A DNA stretch of 64,000 nucleotides from Alphaproteobacteria bacterium (GCA_016699305.1 CP064970.1:1034066-1098065), one strand, 5' to 3'; counted from the stretch's first letter, positions 37,194 to 47,485 are shown. Notes: a model not told the origin generated them from the sequence alone. Numbers and translations: made by a program.

Positions 37194-38678
37194 ATGATCA
37201 CCTTGTCCGTTGCTGATCCCGATCTGTCCACCATGAGTCCGCGCCTGACGGTGCTGGGCATCGGCGGCGCGGGGAACAACGCCGTGGACAATATGATCCG
37301 CGCCAATTTGCAGGGCGTGGATTTTATCAGCGCGAACACCGATGCCCAGGCGCTGGAAGGCAGCCTGGCACCCAAGAAGATCCATCTGGGACCGCACACC
37401 ACGCGCGGCCTGGGCGCGGGCGCGCGGCCCGATATCGGACGCGCGGCGGCGGAAGAGCAGCTGGACGAGATCATGGCGGCCTTGGAAGGCTCGAACATGC
37501 TGTTCATCGCGGCGGGCATGGGCGGCGGCACGGGCACCGGCGCGGCTCCGGTCGTGGCGCGCGCCGCGCGTGAGGCCGGCATGCTGACCGTGGCCGTGGT
37601 GACCAAGCCGTTCCAATTCGAAGGCGCGCAGCGCATGCGCACCGCCGAGGCCGGCATGGCCGAGCTTCAGCAATATGTGGACACGCTGATCGCCATCCCC
37701 AATCAGAACCTGTTCAGAATCGCCAACGAGAAGACGACCTTCGTCGAAGCCTTTCGCATGGCCGACGAGGTCTTGCATTGCGGCGTGCGCGGCGTGACGG
37801 ATTTGATCGTCGTGCCGGGCATCATCAATTTGGATTTTGCCGATATCCGTTCGGTGATGAGCGGCATGGGCCGCGCCATGATGGGCACGGGCGAGGCCGA
37901 AGGCCAGGGCCGCGCCACCTCCGCCGCCGAAGCCGCCATCGCCAATCCCTTGTTGGACGAAGTGTCGATGAAGGGCGCGCGCAGCGTGCTGATCAACATC
38001 ACCAGCGGTCCGGACATGACCCTGTTCGAGGTGGATCAAGCCGTCAGCCGCATCCGCGAAGAGATCGACGCGGATGACGCGAACATCATCTTTGGCACCA
38101 GCTTTAGCGAAGATATGGAAGGCCGTTTGCGCGTTTCCGTGGTCGCCACCGGCATGGATGTGGGCGAGGCCGTGGGCACGAACACGAATGCGGGCGGCGT
38201 GGTGCATCTGGCGCATGAGCGCAGCCGGGGCGCGTCGCTGCGCACTTATGGCAACCCGCCGGCGCAGGAAAACATCTATGCCGCCGCACCGCGCATGCAG
38301 CAGAGCGTGGCGCAGACTTCGGTTTATGCCGATTCCGCGCGTGTGGCCACGCCCATGGCCGCCACCGGCACCGACAGCTTCATGGCCCCGCGTTCGGCCC
38401 AAGCGCCGATGCGCGCGCCGGCCTCGGCCCAAGGCGGCGTGGCGGTCAATCGCTATTCGGCCCCGCCGCAAAGCGCATCCAGCGCCCCGGTCGCGGCAGG
38501 CAATGACGCCAATCTGTTCGACCGCGCCCCGCCGCCCGCCACCGCCCCGGCCTCTGCCCCCAGCGATAGCGGCAATCTCTCGGTCAACCCGCAGGAAAAA
38601 CCCCGGCTTTCCGGCCGCGAAGAACCCACCGCCGAGCGCATGGACATTCCGACTTTCTTGCGGCGGCAGTCGAATTAA
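37194..38678 (+). CDS. ftsZ: Cell-division GTPase FtsZ (long C-terminal linker, conserved C-terminal peptide DIPTFLRRQ)
   Basis: The tubulin/FtsZ signature GGGTGTG is present. The catalytic T7 loop is NLDFADI. A ~180-aa P/A-rich linker precedes the conserved C-terminal peptide. The 515-aa minus-strand ORF at 37143..38690 is an antisense artefact. Confidence 0.9.
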   Translation: MITLSVADPDLSTMSPRLTVLGIGGAGNNAVDNMIRANLQGVDFISANTDAQALEGSLAPKKIHLGPHTTRGLGAGARPDIGRAAAEEQLDEIMAALEGSNMLFIAAGMGGGTGTGAAPVVARAAREAGMLTVAVVTKPFQFEGAQRMRTAEAGMAELQQYVDTLIAIPNQNLFRIANEKTTFVEAFRMADEVLHCGVRGVTDLIVVPGIINLDFADIRSVMSGMGRAMMGTGEAEGQGRATSAAEAAIANPLLDEVSMKGARSVLINITSGPDMTLFEVDQAVSRIREEIDADDANIIFGTSFSEDMEGRLRVSVVATGMDVGEAVGTNTNAGGVVHLAHERSRGASLRTYGNPPAQENIYAAAPRMQQSVAQTSVYADSARVATPMAATGTDSFMAPRSAQAPMRAPASAQGGVAVNRYSAPPQSASSAPVAAGNDANLFDRAPPPATAPASAPSDSGNLSVNPQEKPRLSGREEPTAERMDIPTFLRRQSN

Positions 38679-38795
38679 GGGCCCTCGCATAATGGCGAAG
38701 GGTTGTTAATTCTGTATGGATAAAGCCGGGTGGGAAGCAAGCTCGATCAGGCTTGCATGTCTCGCTCTGACATTCTGTCCTTGGCACTGAGCTTG

Positions 38796-40202
38796 TCATA
38801 CGCCTTGAGGCGTTTCCTCGACTTCCACCTTGTTGCGACCGGATTCTTTGGCGCGGTAGAGGGCTTTATCCGCACGGGCCAGCAAGCTGGCCATGTCCGC
38901 CCCGCCCACATTGTCGGCAATGCCAAAACTGGCGGTGACGGTGATGCCTCCCGGAATGCCGACATTGATGGTCGTGGCGGCCAATTTTTGACGTAGGCGC
39001 TCGACGACGCTGGCACCTAGCTCCAGAGTCGTGCCGGGCATGACAATGGCAAATTCTTCACCGCCTAGACGCGCCACGATATCCGAGGGACGCAAGCCCA
39101 CTTGCAGGCAGCGCACCAACTCACGCAGTATGTCATCTCCCGCTGCATGGCCATATCGGTCATTGACCAGTTTGAAATGATCCAGGTCCACGATGGACAG
39201 ACATAAAGGATGGCTGCCGTTATGGCTGCGATCCAGCAAACGGGGCAAGGTTGTCTCCAAATAGCGCCGATTGAAGGCGGCGGTCAGCGGATCGACCACG
39301 GCCAGCATCATATTGCTGGTATAGTCGCGTCTGAGGCGTTCGTGATAGCGTTTTTGCTGCACCTGCAGGCGCAATCGGGCGATCAGTTCATGATCGTCGA
39401 CCGGTTTCATCAGGTAATCACTGGCACCCAGGTCCAAACCGCGCACCACGCGGCCCAGATCGCTATCGTCCGATAGCATCAACATGGGCAAGGTGCGGCT
39501 GGCTTCGTGCGCGCGCATCTCGGCCACCAGGCGCAAGGGATCTTCGCGGGTGATGCTAAGATCCAAAATAACCACGTCATAACCATGCTCGGCGGCGGCC
39601 AGGACATCGGACGCGCTTTGAGTCATAGTCGTTTGCACCCCTTCGCGTTGCAAGGCGCGGTCGAAATGCTCTGCCGCGTGCGTGTCGTCATCTAACAGCA
39701 GGATGCGGCTGCCGACCAACGAGTCGGGCGCGGGGGCGCTGTCGCTGGAGGTCAGGCACGCACCGACATTCTCCGCAATGCCCTGACGTAAGCGCCATTC
39801 ATCCAAAGTTAGCTTGAAGCGCAACAGCGACCTTACCCGCGCCAACAAAGCGATATCGTTGATCGGTTTGGTCAGAAAATCATTGGCTCCGGCCTCGAGC
39901 CCCTTCACACGGTCGCTGACATCGGACAAGGCCGTCACCATCACAACAGGGATATGGCGCGTTTCCGGATTGAGTTTAAGCTTTAGGCACGTCTCGAACC
40001 CGTCCATCTCGGGCATCATCACATCCAGCAAGATCAGATCGGGAAGTTCTGCCGCCGCTACGGTCAAGGTCTGCGCGCCGTTATCTGCCGTCAGAACGGT
40101 ATAGTATTCCCGTGTCAGCTTGGCCGAGAGCAGTTTGACATTCAGCGGGTTGTCATCCACCACCAGGATGCGCGCAGACACGGAGCTTAGACCCCATTTC
40201 AA
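38796..40202 (-). CDS. PleD-like response regulator: REC-REC-GGDEF diguanylate cyclase
   Basis: Two receiver domains are present (DD...D, LILLDVMMPEMDGFE). The GGDEF active site is RLGGEEF. Confidence 0.85.
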   Translation of the reverse strand: MKWGLSSVSARILVVDDNPLNVKLLSAKLTREYYTVLTADNGAQTLTVAAAELPDLILLDVMMPEMDGFETCLKLKLNPETRHIPVVMVTALSDVSDRVKGLEAGANDFLTKPINDIALLARVRSLLRFKLTLDEWRLRQGIAENVGACLTSSDSAPAPDSLVGSRILLLDDDTHAAEHFDRALQREGVQTTMTQSASDVLAAAEHGYDVVILDLSITREDPLRLVAEMRAHEASRTLPMLMLSDDSDLGRVVRGLDLGASDYLMKPVDDHELIARLRLQVQQKRYHERLRRDYTSNMMLAVVDPLTAAFNRRYLETTLPRLLDRSHNGSHPLCLSIVDLDHFKLVNDRYGHAAGDDILRELVRCLQVGLRPSDIVARLGGEEFAIVMPGTTLELGASVVERLRQKLAATTINVGIPGGITVTASFGIADNVGGADMASLLARADKALYRAKESGRNKVEVEETPQGV

Positions 40203-40354
40203 GAGAAGTGATCCCTAAGCTTCAAGCACACCACGAGGGGGTAAGTTTTTAGTTAAAGGTCCGATGCCTTGAAACGATTTTCTGGCACCAGAAGGCGCAA
40301 CAGTAATTTGTTGCATTTTATGTATAAAAATACATGGGCGCATATCCAGCAAAC

Positions 40355-40431
40355 TGGGGCGGCCGATGGGACTCGAACCCACGACAACTCGGACCACAAC
40401 CGAGGGCTCTACCAACTGAGCTACGGCCGCC
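40355..40431 (-). tRNA. tRNA-His (anticodon GUG) with a genome-encoded G-1 and CCA
   Basis: The sequence was folded by hand. The acceptor stem is GCGGCCG/CGGCCGC. The D-arm contains AGCTCAGTTGGTAGAGC. The anticodon stem is CTCGG/CCGAG with loop TTGTGGT. The T-loop is TTCGAGT. The extra 5' G pairs with the discriminator C. Confidence 0.85.
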
Positions 40432-40532
40432 ATGTCTTGGTCAGACGCCGACACCTTAACCTGGAATTTAAAGTTATTTCCACTATCTTGTTGCTTTCGC
40501 CCTTCCCCTCTTGCCCAAGGATCGATTCGAGC

Positions 40533-41966
40533 ATGACTTCAACACCGGCTGACGCCTCTTTTGCGGTTCTGAATGGACTGGATGTCGACTCAGCGCGGCA
40601 GAGTGTCAGCGAGGCTTTGAACGGCGCGGATGACGGCGAGCTGTTCGTCGAGTGCGCGGCAAGCGAGAGCCTTGTGTGGGACGATGGACATTTGCGCAGC
40701 GCCAGTTTCCGCCAGCATCGGGGAATGGCCTTGCGTGCCTTGGCTGGTGAGGCATGCGTATTGGCGCATGGCAGCGAGGTCGGTCATGAGGCGCTGGATC
40801 GCGCAGGTCAGACCGTAAGACAGGCCCTGGCGGGGCGGAATGGCGTGTGGGACTCCACGCCGATCCAGGCGGCAGGGCCTTGCGTGGCGGAAGCCGGCGA
40901 TCCCTTGCGTGAAGGAACGATGCCTCAACGTCTGGCTTTGCTGGCCGAGATGGATGGCCTATTGCGCGCCCGCGATCCGCGTGTGCGGCAAGTCAGCCTC
41001 AGCTGGAACGCCGAGATTCAAGACGTGGCCATTTTACGCCCGGACGGGCAGATCGTGACCGATCATCGGCCCTTGGTGCGGGCCGGCGTCAATGTGGTGC
41101 TGCGTCAGGGCGAGCGTCAAGAAAGCGGCAGCGGCAATGCGGGCGGACGCGGCGGTTTCGACTCGTGGCTATCCATGGATTCGTGGCAAGTCTTGATGGA
41201 CGAAGCCTTGCTGAATGCCTCGCGCGCGCTTGAATCCATTCCTGCCCCGGCGGGCGAGATGACCGTGGTGCTGGGGCCGGGCTGGCCCGGCGTGCTGTTG
41301 CATGAGGCGGTCGGGCATGGACTGGAAGGCGATTTCAACCGACGCGGCAGTTCCGCTTTTGCCGGGATGGTGGGCCAGCGCGTGGCCGCACCGGGCGTGA
41401 CCGTGGTCGATGACGGCAGCTTGCCGGGACGGCGCGGATCCCTGACCGTGGACGACGAAGGCACCCCCACGCAGCGCACCGTGTTGATCGAGGACGGCAT
41501 CCTCAAGGGCTATTTGCAGGACCGGCTGAATGGCCGCCTGACCGGCGTGGCCTCGACCGGCAATGGTCGGCGTCAGAATTATGCCTGCCGTACAATGCCA
41601 CGCATGACCAATACCTTCATGCTTTCTGGCGTCCATGATCCGGCCGAGATCATCGCCAGCGTCCCCAACGGAATCTATGCCACGCATTTTGGCGGCGGAC
41701 AGGTGGATATCACCTCGGGGCAATTCGTTTTCGATGCCACCCAGGCCTTTCTGATCGAGAACGGTCGTATAGGTGCCCCTTTGAAAGGCGTTAGTCTGAT
41801 CGGCGCGGGATCGCGGGTGCTGCAGCGTATCTCCATGATCGGCCATGACAGCCAGATGGATCCGGGTATCGGATTTTGTGGCAAAGAGGGGCAGACTGTG
41901 CCTGTGGGGGTGGGGTTACCCACTATCAGGCTTGACGGCATCACCGTCGGGGGACAAAAATTTTAG
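40533..41966 (+). CDS. tldD: Metalloprotease TldD
   Basis: The TldD/PmbA motif HEAVGHGLEGDFNRRGSSAFAG is present. The protein length and conserved C-terminal GG..D are consistent with TldD. The track ORF starts 264 nt upstream across the tRNA and is too long. Confidence 0.85.
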   Translation: MTSTPADASFAVLNGLDVDSARQSVSEALNGADDGELFVECAASESLVWDDGHLRSASFRQHRGMALRALAGEACVLAHGSEVGHEALDRAGQTVRQALAGRNGVWDSTPIQAAGPCVAEAGDPLREGTMPQRLALLAEMDGLLRARDPRVRQVSLSWNAEIQDVAILRPDGQIVTDHRPLVRAGVNVVLRQGERQESGSGNAGGRGGFDSWLSMDSWQVLMDEALLNASRALESIPAPAGEMTVVLGPGWPGVLLHEAVGHGLEGDFNRRGSSAFAGMVGQRVAAPGVTVVDDGSLPGRRGSLTVDDEGTPTQRTVLIEDGILKGYLQDRLNGRLTGVASTGNGRRQNYACRTMPRMTNTFMLSGVHDPAEIIASVPNGIYATHFGGGQVDITSGQFVFDATQAFLIENGRIGAPLKGVSLIGAGSRVLQRISMIGHDSQMDPGIGFCGKEGQTVPVGVGLPTIRLDGITVGGQKF

Positions 41967-41969
41967 CCT

Positions 41970-42545
41970 ATGAAGATTCCCTTTCTTAGCCTTCTGCTCT
42001 GCGTACTGGTTCCCCCGGTATGGCTTTCTCCAGCTCCAGCCTGGTCCGCAGGTGCCAGCAAGGCGTCCATCCCGACCAAATCCGCCCCCGCCGCGCAATC
42101 CGCGATGTTTGGCATGTGGGCGACCCACAGCCTCGATGAAAAAGGCGGGACCACCTGCTACATGTCGCTGCGTCCCATCAAGCCTGCACCCTGGAAGGTC
42201 AAGGGCAAGCGGCGCGGCTCCACTTATGTGATGATTACCCACCGTCCGGTGGAGGGCAGTCTGAATGTCGTGTCCGTAACGGCAGGCTACACATTTAAAT
42301 CCGGGAGCGAAGCGATAATTCAATTCGACTCCAAAAAAGATATGCGACTTTTTACCGAAGGTGATACGGCCTGGACGCGCGACTCAGCAGCTGATCGCGA
42401 CTTGGCCAAGTTGGTTCGTACATCAAAAACCATGACAATTAAGGGTCATTCCATTCACGGAGACATCCTATCGGACAGCTATGATCTGACCGGCGCGATG
42501 GCGGCCTGGAAGTCGATCAGCAAAAGATGTGGGGTCAAGGAATGA
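41970..42545 (+). CDS. Secreted IalB-like (invasion-associated locus B family) protein
   Basis: A signal peptide is present. The size, ~190 aa, matches the family. There are two conserved Cys. The assignment is from the overall pattern and is not certain. Confidence 0.45.
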   Translation: MKIPFLSLLLCVLVPPVWLSPAPAWSAGASKASIPTKSAPAAQSAMFGMWATHSLDEKGGTTCYMSLRPIKPAPWKVKGKRRGSTYVMITHRPVEGSLNVVSVTAGYTFKSGSEAIIQFDSKKDMRLFTEGDTAWTRDSAADRDLAKLVRTSKTMTIKGHSIHGDILSDSYDLTGAMAAWKSISKRCGVKE

Positions 42546-42711
42546 CCTTCCTGCCACAGGGGCGGCTGATTTATGTGTGGAAGATGGTAAGTCCCTTGCG
42601 CTTGATGGTGGAATCGCCTATTCCTTGCCTAGGTTTCGACATGATTCGTGGTGCCTGATGGCTTGCGAGTCTGTGGATTGTGTTTCGTCCATGCCGTTGG
42701 GGAGGTTCCTC

Positions 42712-43386
42712 ATGAAGTTGGTTGCGCTTAGCGCGATGATGATGCTGTCGTTGTCAGCATGCATGATGTTCCCGGAAGCGGTGCCTCCCAAGGCCATTAG
42801 TTTCCGCGACACGGCGGTGGCCGCGCCTACGGACAGAATTATGGTCCTGGTAGCGGGAACTTCGTTGGAAGAGCGCCAAAGGCTTGAGCGCCGCTTGGAG
42901 CGTCAGCTGGGAGCCGTGGGCGTCGTGGCCTTCCCCAGTGTCGATGCGTTCCCGCCGACACGGCCCTACACGCCGCCTTATGTGGTCCAGGCTCTGTCTG
43001 GGACGGGTGCGACGATGGTCTTGGCCATGGTGCGTCAGGGCAGCACGACGACCAAGGATTGGTTGCCCGAGAATGCCGTTCAGTCGCAAACACGCACGAT
43101 CGGTACATTGATGGCAGGCATGGAATATGCGCAAAGCCAGCGCCGCGGCGGTGAGCGTTTCGGTGGCTTCTCGGCACCGCTGACCAACACGCGCTTCGAT
43201 GCTCTGTTGTTCAATGTTGCGACTGGCCAGGTGGCATGGCGTGGCTTGATCGCCAGTGGCGGCAGCCTTTATTCCGAATTCCACACCAAGGGTCCTTTTG
43301 CGGATGACCCCATCCAGGTGATTTCGGAAAAAACAGTTTGGCGTTTGGGCCGCGATGGCGTTGTGCCGTTGCCAAAGGAGGACTGA
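42712..43386 (+). CDS. Lipoprotein, hypothetical
   Basis: A GGGGAGG ribosome-binding site precedes the start. The lipobox is MKLVALSAMMMLSLSAC. Confidence 0.5.
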   Translation: MKLVALSAMMMLSLSACMMFPEAVPPKAISFRDTAVAAPTDRIMVLVAGTSLEERQRLERRLERQLGAVGVVAFPSVDAFPPTRPYTPPYVVQALSGTGATMVLAMVRQGSTTTKDWLPENAVQSQTRTIGTLMAGMEYAQSQRRGGERFGGFSAPLTNTRFDALLFNVATGQVAWRGLIASGGSLYSEFHTKGPFADDPIQVISEKTVWRLGRDGVVPLPKED

Positions 43387-43445
43387 CCTCTTTCTCGCCT
43401 CTGCATTATCCTTTCGGGGATAGTGAGTGTGATCTAAGGCCGATC

Positions 43446-43480
43446 TGCGATGCAGACCGGCCTTTTTTCTAAGAAACAGC
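43446..43480 (+). terminator. Rho-independent terminator
   Basis: The sequence aggccgatctgcgatgcagaccggccttttttc has stem AGGCCG/CGGCCT followed by T6. Confidence 0.6.
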
Positions 43481-43597
43481 GGTCATGCTTGGCTATTGAG
43501 TTCTATATGAACAGGAAAAACAAGGGCCTGCTATGCAGCTAAGCGCGGGAGTCTGGTGCTATGGCAGGCTATGCATAACGCCAGCACGGCCTGGAGG

Positions 43598-45232
43598 CTA
43601 AGCCGTTGGTTTGGGCAAAAGCGAGCTTTTTAGGACAGATCCGATCCTGCGGATTGGGCCTAACCCATCTCCAGCTTTCGACAGCGGTTTTTCTTCTACC
43701 TGAGACGTTGGTTCTTCAGCTTTTCCAGACGGCTTCCATCTCGTCAAAGCGTCCAAAATGGGGGCAAACAGCCTTTTGGCAAGCTTTTTCTCTTGGGCCG
43801 AGACGTCCATAATCCCAGATTTTGCGTCCTTTTCCACACGGGCGACCTCATTTGTCGCTTCGGCCACGGCGCTTTTTGTCGCTTCAGATAAATAGTCCGG
43901 ATGTTCAGCCAGGTAATAATCACCTATTTCGTTGCTCATATTGTCTCGTTCCTTGGTGGGTAGCATGTCACGAAAAGATTTATCACTTTTCCCGCCATTG
44001 AGAGCAACGACCGCCTTGCGCACAACGATGTCGGTAGGGTTGGTGTCTCTCCATGATCCCTCAATCGTTGCTTTTGGAGCCAAATCCCATTTTTCTTCTA
44101 ATGCCGCTTGCGAATCGCTGTCCAAGGCTTGATAAGCGCTATGCATACTCAGCCAGTAAATTGTCTTGGTTTTGGCGTCCACCTTTTCCGCCGCCTTCTC
44201 GCGGATTTTGGTGTACACACGATGCGCGGCGGAATTGGCCACATCTAACGGCACGTTTGGATCAAGCAGACTGGGCAGGGTGTTATGCGATGGATTATCC
44301 GAATTATTCCTTGTTATCATATCTAAGGCGCGCAAATCATACACAATTTGACGCCCCATTTCCGGGTCCATATCTAAGTCCTTGGCATGTTTTTTCGCCG
44401 CAGCAATGGCTGCTCGGTCCGCTTCAATCTCCAGAAGTTGCATTTCTTGATCGCCATACACTTTTATGCCGCCCGATTCCTCTCGATCCATCTGACGCCG
44501 TCTTACATGCTCGATCTCATGCGTCGCGAAAACCATTTCAGACCTACTTCCGGGGTCCTTGCCCGAAGGGCCAATATATTCCCATTGAAATTCTCCCAGA
44601 GTATTCATAGTATCCTGAAAAGTCTCCGATTTATTTGGAAAGACCATGAAAGGGGATTGTATAGAACTTACTGTCGAGACATTCAATCCATCGTGGTTTT
44701 GTTTGCCAATATTTAATAGAATAGCCGCCATGTCGATATTATCCGCAGGTATACCATTTCTTTCCAAAGTTTCATCTACAAGTTTCCTGGATTGATCAAA
44801 TGTTATTCCTGAGAAGTCTTTATAATCAAGATGTTCATCTAATATTCTTGCCATTCCACGGACTGCACTTTTTGCATATCCGCTTAATTCGTCATATGTC
44901 GCCACCACAGCCGTTATATCTGTTAAATGTTTTGGTGCCGTAAGACATATTGCCTTCAAAGTCTGTTCGCCCAAACGTTCTTTTGTTTCTGGTGTTATCA
45001 GAAATTTTGGCGCCGGCGCATCCTTGCCCGTTATTCCGGAGCAGTCTAATTCACGGGCGGCGGCCTTGAAAAGATCCAGCGCATTCGTCTCAACGGGAGC
45101 GCGTAACGGTGACACGCCCTCGTTCCAGTCTCCTGCCATGGCATTGCTTGGGAAGCCTGTGATCAGTCCAAGTGTCAGAACAGGGCCTAATGCGCGATTA
45201 TGAGGTGTTAATCTAGGCATTGTATTCTCCAC
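43598..45232 (-). CDS. Secreted 544-aa protein with a single HExxH motif (HEIEH); AT-rich, putative horizontally acquired metalloprotease-like/effector-like protein
   Basis: A Sec-type signal peptide is present (GPVLTLGLITGFPSNAMA). THEIEHVRRR is the single HExxH motif. GC is lower than the neighbouring rsmD and rluB. Confidence 0.5.
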   Translation of the reverse strand: MENTMPRLTPHNRALGPVLTLGLITGFPSNAMAGDWNEGVSPLRAPVETNALDLFKAAARELDCSGITGKDAPAPKFLITPETKERLGEQTLKAICLTAPKHLTDITAVVATYDELSGYAKSAVRGMARILDEHLDYKDFSGITFDQSRKLVDETLERNGIPADNIDMAAILLNIGKQNHDGLNVSTVSSIQSPFMVFPNKSETFQDTMNTLGEFQWEYIGPSGKDPGSRSEMVFATHEIEHVRRRQMDREESGGIKVYGDQEMQLLEIEADRAAIAAAKKHAKDLDMDPEMGRQIVYDLRALDMITRNNSDNPSHNTLPSLLDPNVPLDVANSAAHRVYTKIREKAAEKVDAKTKTIYWLSMHSAYQALDSDSQAALEEKWDLAPKATIEGSWRDTNPTDIVVRKAVVALNGGKSDKSFRDMLPTKERDNMSNEIGDYYLAEHPDYLSEATKSAVAEATNEVARVEKDAKSGIMDVSAQEKKLAKRLFAPILDALTRWKPSGKAEEPTSQVEEKPLSKAGDGLGPIRRIGSVLKSSLLPKPTA

Positions 45233-45269
45233 TTCATTGCGTAATCATTATATATAATAATGAAACTAA

Positions 45270-45860
45270 TTACAAGGATTTATTGGTTTCTTCGCTTTGC
45301 ATCAACGAGATAATATGGATGCGCGTATCGCCATAACGTCGATCCAGGCGCAATTCCAGCCCTGGGGGCAGGGGCAAGGTTTCAAGGGCGGCGGTTTCGA
45401 CCACCACCATGGCACCATCGGCCAGCCAGCCTTGACGCATCAAGACGGGCAAGACCCGCGCGGGGATGTCCTGGCGATAGGGCGGGTCCAGGAAGATCAG
45501 TTGGCAGGGCTGCGCGGCGGGGGGAATTTTCAAAATATCAGCGCGGATGAGGTGAAAGCGTTCGGGTGGGATCGACAACCCGGCCAAATTGCCATGCGTG
45601 GTGCGCAGCGAAGATTGGGCGTTATCGGCGAAACTGGCATGCGCCGCCCCGCGCGAGAGGGCCTCGATCCCCAGCGCCCCGGTGCCGCAACAGGCATCCA
45701 GCACCCGCGCGTCTTTAAGCACCGAACCCGCGCGCACCCAGTCGCGGTGTTCCAAAATATCAAAGACCGCCTCGCGCACTTTGTCGCTGGTCGGGCGCAC
45801 CTGGGAGCTGGACGATGCCGTCAGCCTTTGCCCCCCGTAAACTCCGCCGATAACCCGCAT
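45270..45860 (-). CDS. rsmD: 16S rRNA (guanine966-N2)-methyltransferase RsmD
   Basis: AdoMet motif I is VLDACCGTGALGIEALSRGA. Motif IV is LIFLDPPY. Confidence 0.8.
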   Translation of the reverse strand: MRVIGGVYGGQRLTASSSSQVRPTSDKVREAVFDILEHRDWVRAGSVLKDARVLDACCGTGALGIEALSRGAAHASFADNAQSSLRTTHGNLAGLSIPPERFHLIRADILKIPPAAQPCQLIFLDPPYRQDIPARVLPVLMRQGWLADGAMVVVETAALETLPLPPGLELRLDRRYGDTRIHIISLMQSEETNKSL

Positions 45861-45866
45861 CGCCCT

Positions 45867-46703
45867 TTAGCCTCGTCCCGGTTCGTCTTCTTTGTTGAAA
45901 TAGGAGGGGATCTGCTGACGCAGCACAAGCCCTGAAATCTCGTCGGCGGACCCCACATTCAGCTTGCCCAGCTGGAACGGCCCATAGGCCACGCGGATCA
46001 GCCGTGTGACGATCAAATCCAGATGCGCCATCAATTTGCGCACCTCGCGGTTTTTGCCCTCGGTCAAGGATACCTGAAGCCAAGCGTTGCTGCCGCCTTG
46101 CTGCCGCTCTAAGAACGCCTGAACGGGGCCATAGCGTACGCCATCCACCGTAATGCCCTGGGCCAGACGATCCAGCGCGCCAGGGGCGGGCACACCATGC
46201 ACCCGCACGCGATAAACCCGTCGCCAGCCGGTGCTGGGCAATTCCAGATGCCGCGACAACGCGCCGTCATTGGTCAGCAGCAATAGGCCTTCGCTGGGGA
46301 AGTCCAGCCGTCCCACCGACACCACGCGCGGCAGGCTGGGCGGCAGATGGTCGAACACCGTCGGGCGGCCTTGTGGGTCGCGCGCCGTGGTCATCAATCC
46401 GGCCGGTTTGTGATAACGCCACAGGCGTGTGGGTTCGGGCGCGTTCAGCGGCTTGCCGTCCACGACCACTGAGTCCCCAGGCCCCACCGTGATGGCCGGG
46501 CTGGTCAGCACCTTGCCGTTCAAGACCACGCGGCCCTGTTCGATCCAGCGTTCGGCATCGCGGCGCGAACACAGCCCCGCCCGCGCCAAACGACGCGCGA
46601 TGCGCTCTTTCGTGTCGGCGCTTGCGGGGGGGGCTTCCACAGCGGCTTGGTCCTTGGGTTTCCCTCGGGACTGGCCAGCGGCCTTTGATTTTGCTAAGTC
46701 CAT
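45867..46703 (-). CDS. rluB: rRNA pseudouridine synthase, RsuA/RluB family (S4 domain + catalytic domain)
   Basis: The S4 domain is ERIARRLARAGLCSRRDAERWIEQGRVVLNG. The catalytic Asp motif is GRLDFPSEGLLLLTNDG. Confidence 0.75.
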   Translation of the reverse strand: MDLAKSKAAGQSRGKPKDQAAVEAPPASADTKERIARRLARAGLCSRRDAERWIEQGRVVLNGKVLTSPAITVGPGDSVVVDGKPLNAPEPTRLWRYHKPAGLMTTARDPQGRPTVFDHLPPSLPRVVSVGRLDFPSEGLLLLTNDGALSRHLELPSTGWRRVYRVRVHGVPAPGALDRLAQGITVDGVRYGPVQAFLERQQGGSNAWLQVSLTEGKNREVRKLMAHLDLIVTRLIRVAYGPFQLGKLNVGSADEISGLVLRQQIPSYFNKEDEPGRG

Positions 46704-46729
46704 GACAGGCTATGTAGCATGGATCGATC

Positions 46730-47485
46730 ATGTCTGGACACTCACAGTTCAAAAACATCATGCACCGCAAGGGCGCTCAAGACGCCAAGCGGGCGCGCGC
46801 CTTCACCCGTATCGCGCGGGAAATCTCGGCTTCGGTGCGCGGCGGCGCGGCGGATCCGGGGTCTAACCCGCGCCTGCGCGCCGCGATGGAGGCCGCCCGC
46901 ACGGCCAATATGCCGCGTGAGCGCATCGAACGCGCCGTCCGCTCCGCCCTTCCCGGCGCGGCGGGGACGGTGCCCGATGATGTGCGCTATGAAGGCTATG
47001 GCCCCGGGGGCGTTGCGATCATTGTCGAGGCCATGACCGACAATCGCAACCGCACCGCTTCGGAACTGCGGACCACTTTTAGCAAAAGAGGCGGCTCGTT
47101 GGGCGAGACCAATTCGGTGGCTTATATGTTCGAACGCATTGGCCGCGTGGTCTATCCCGCCTCTGCCGGCACGCCCGATGCCGTGTTGGAGGCAGCCATC
47201 GATGCGGGGGCCCAAGACGCGGTTTTCGACGGCGAGATTCACGAAATCACCGGCCCCCAAGACAAATTGGGCGATCTGCGCGACGCCTTGGAATCCGCCC
47301 TGGGCACGCCGCAAGAGGCCCGCTTGGCCTGGCGGCCCGTGATGCGCGCGCCCGTGACCGATTTGGCGACAGCCCAAAGCCTGCTGGGCTTATTAGAGGC
47401 GCTGGACGAGCTGGACGACGTGCAACGTGTTGAAACAAATGCGGAAATAGAGCCCGATATCCTGGATCAATTAGAGAAAGGCTGA
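46730..47485 (+). CDS. yebC: YebC/PmpR-family DNA-binding transcriptional regulator
   Basis: The N-terminus is MSGHSQFKNIMHRKGAQDAKRA..., which is the highly conserved family signature. Confidence 0.85.
   Translation: MSGHSQFKNIMHRKGAQDAKRARAFTRIAREISASVRGGAADPGSNPRLRAAMEAARTANMPRERIERAVRSALPGAAGTVPDDVRYEGYGPGGVAIIVEAMTDNRNRTASELRTTFSKRGGSLGETNSVAYMFERIGRVVYPASAGTPDAVLEAAIDAGAQDAVFDGEIHEITGPQDKLGDLRDALESALGTPQEARLAWRPVMRAPVTDLATAQSLLGLLEALDELDDVQRVETNAEIEPDILDQLEKG

Noticed and set aside
37194-38678. TubZ/plasmid tubulin-like GTPase instead of FtsZ
   Set aside because: The gene has the canonical FtsZ GGGTGTG motif, the T7 synergy loop and the C-terminal FtsA/ZipA-binding peptide. There is no plasmid partitioning context.
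37143-38690. 515-aa minus-strand ORF
   Set aside because: It is exactly antisense to ftsZ. It is Gly/Arg/Ala-rich junk typical of the reverse strand of a high-GC gene.
40355-40431. tRNA-His as an integration site of a prophage or island
   Set aside because: No integrase, att-like direct repeat of the tRNA 3' end, or phage genes are seen on either side within the window.
40269-40532. N-terminal 88 aa of the track ORF 40269..41966
   Set aside because: It reads through the tRNA-His gene on the opposite strand. The TldD homology and a plausible start begin at 40533.
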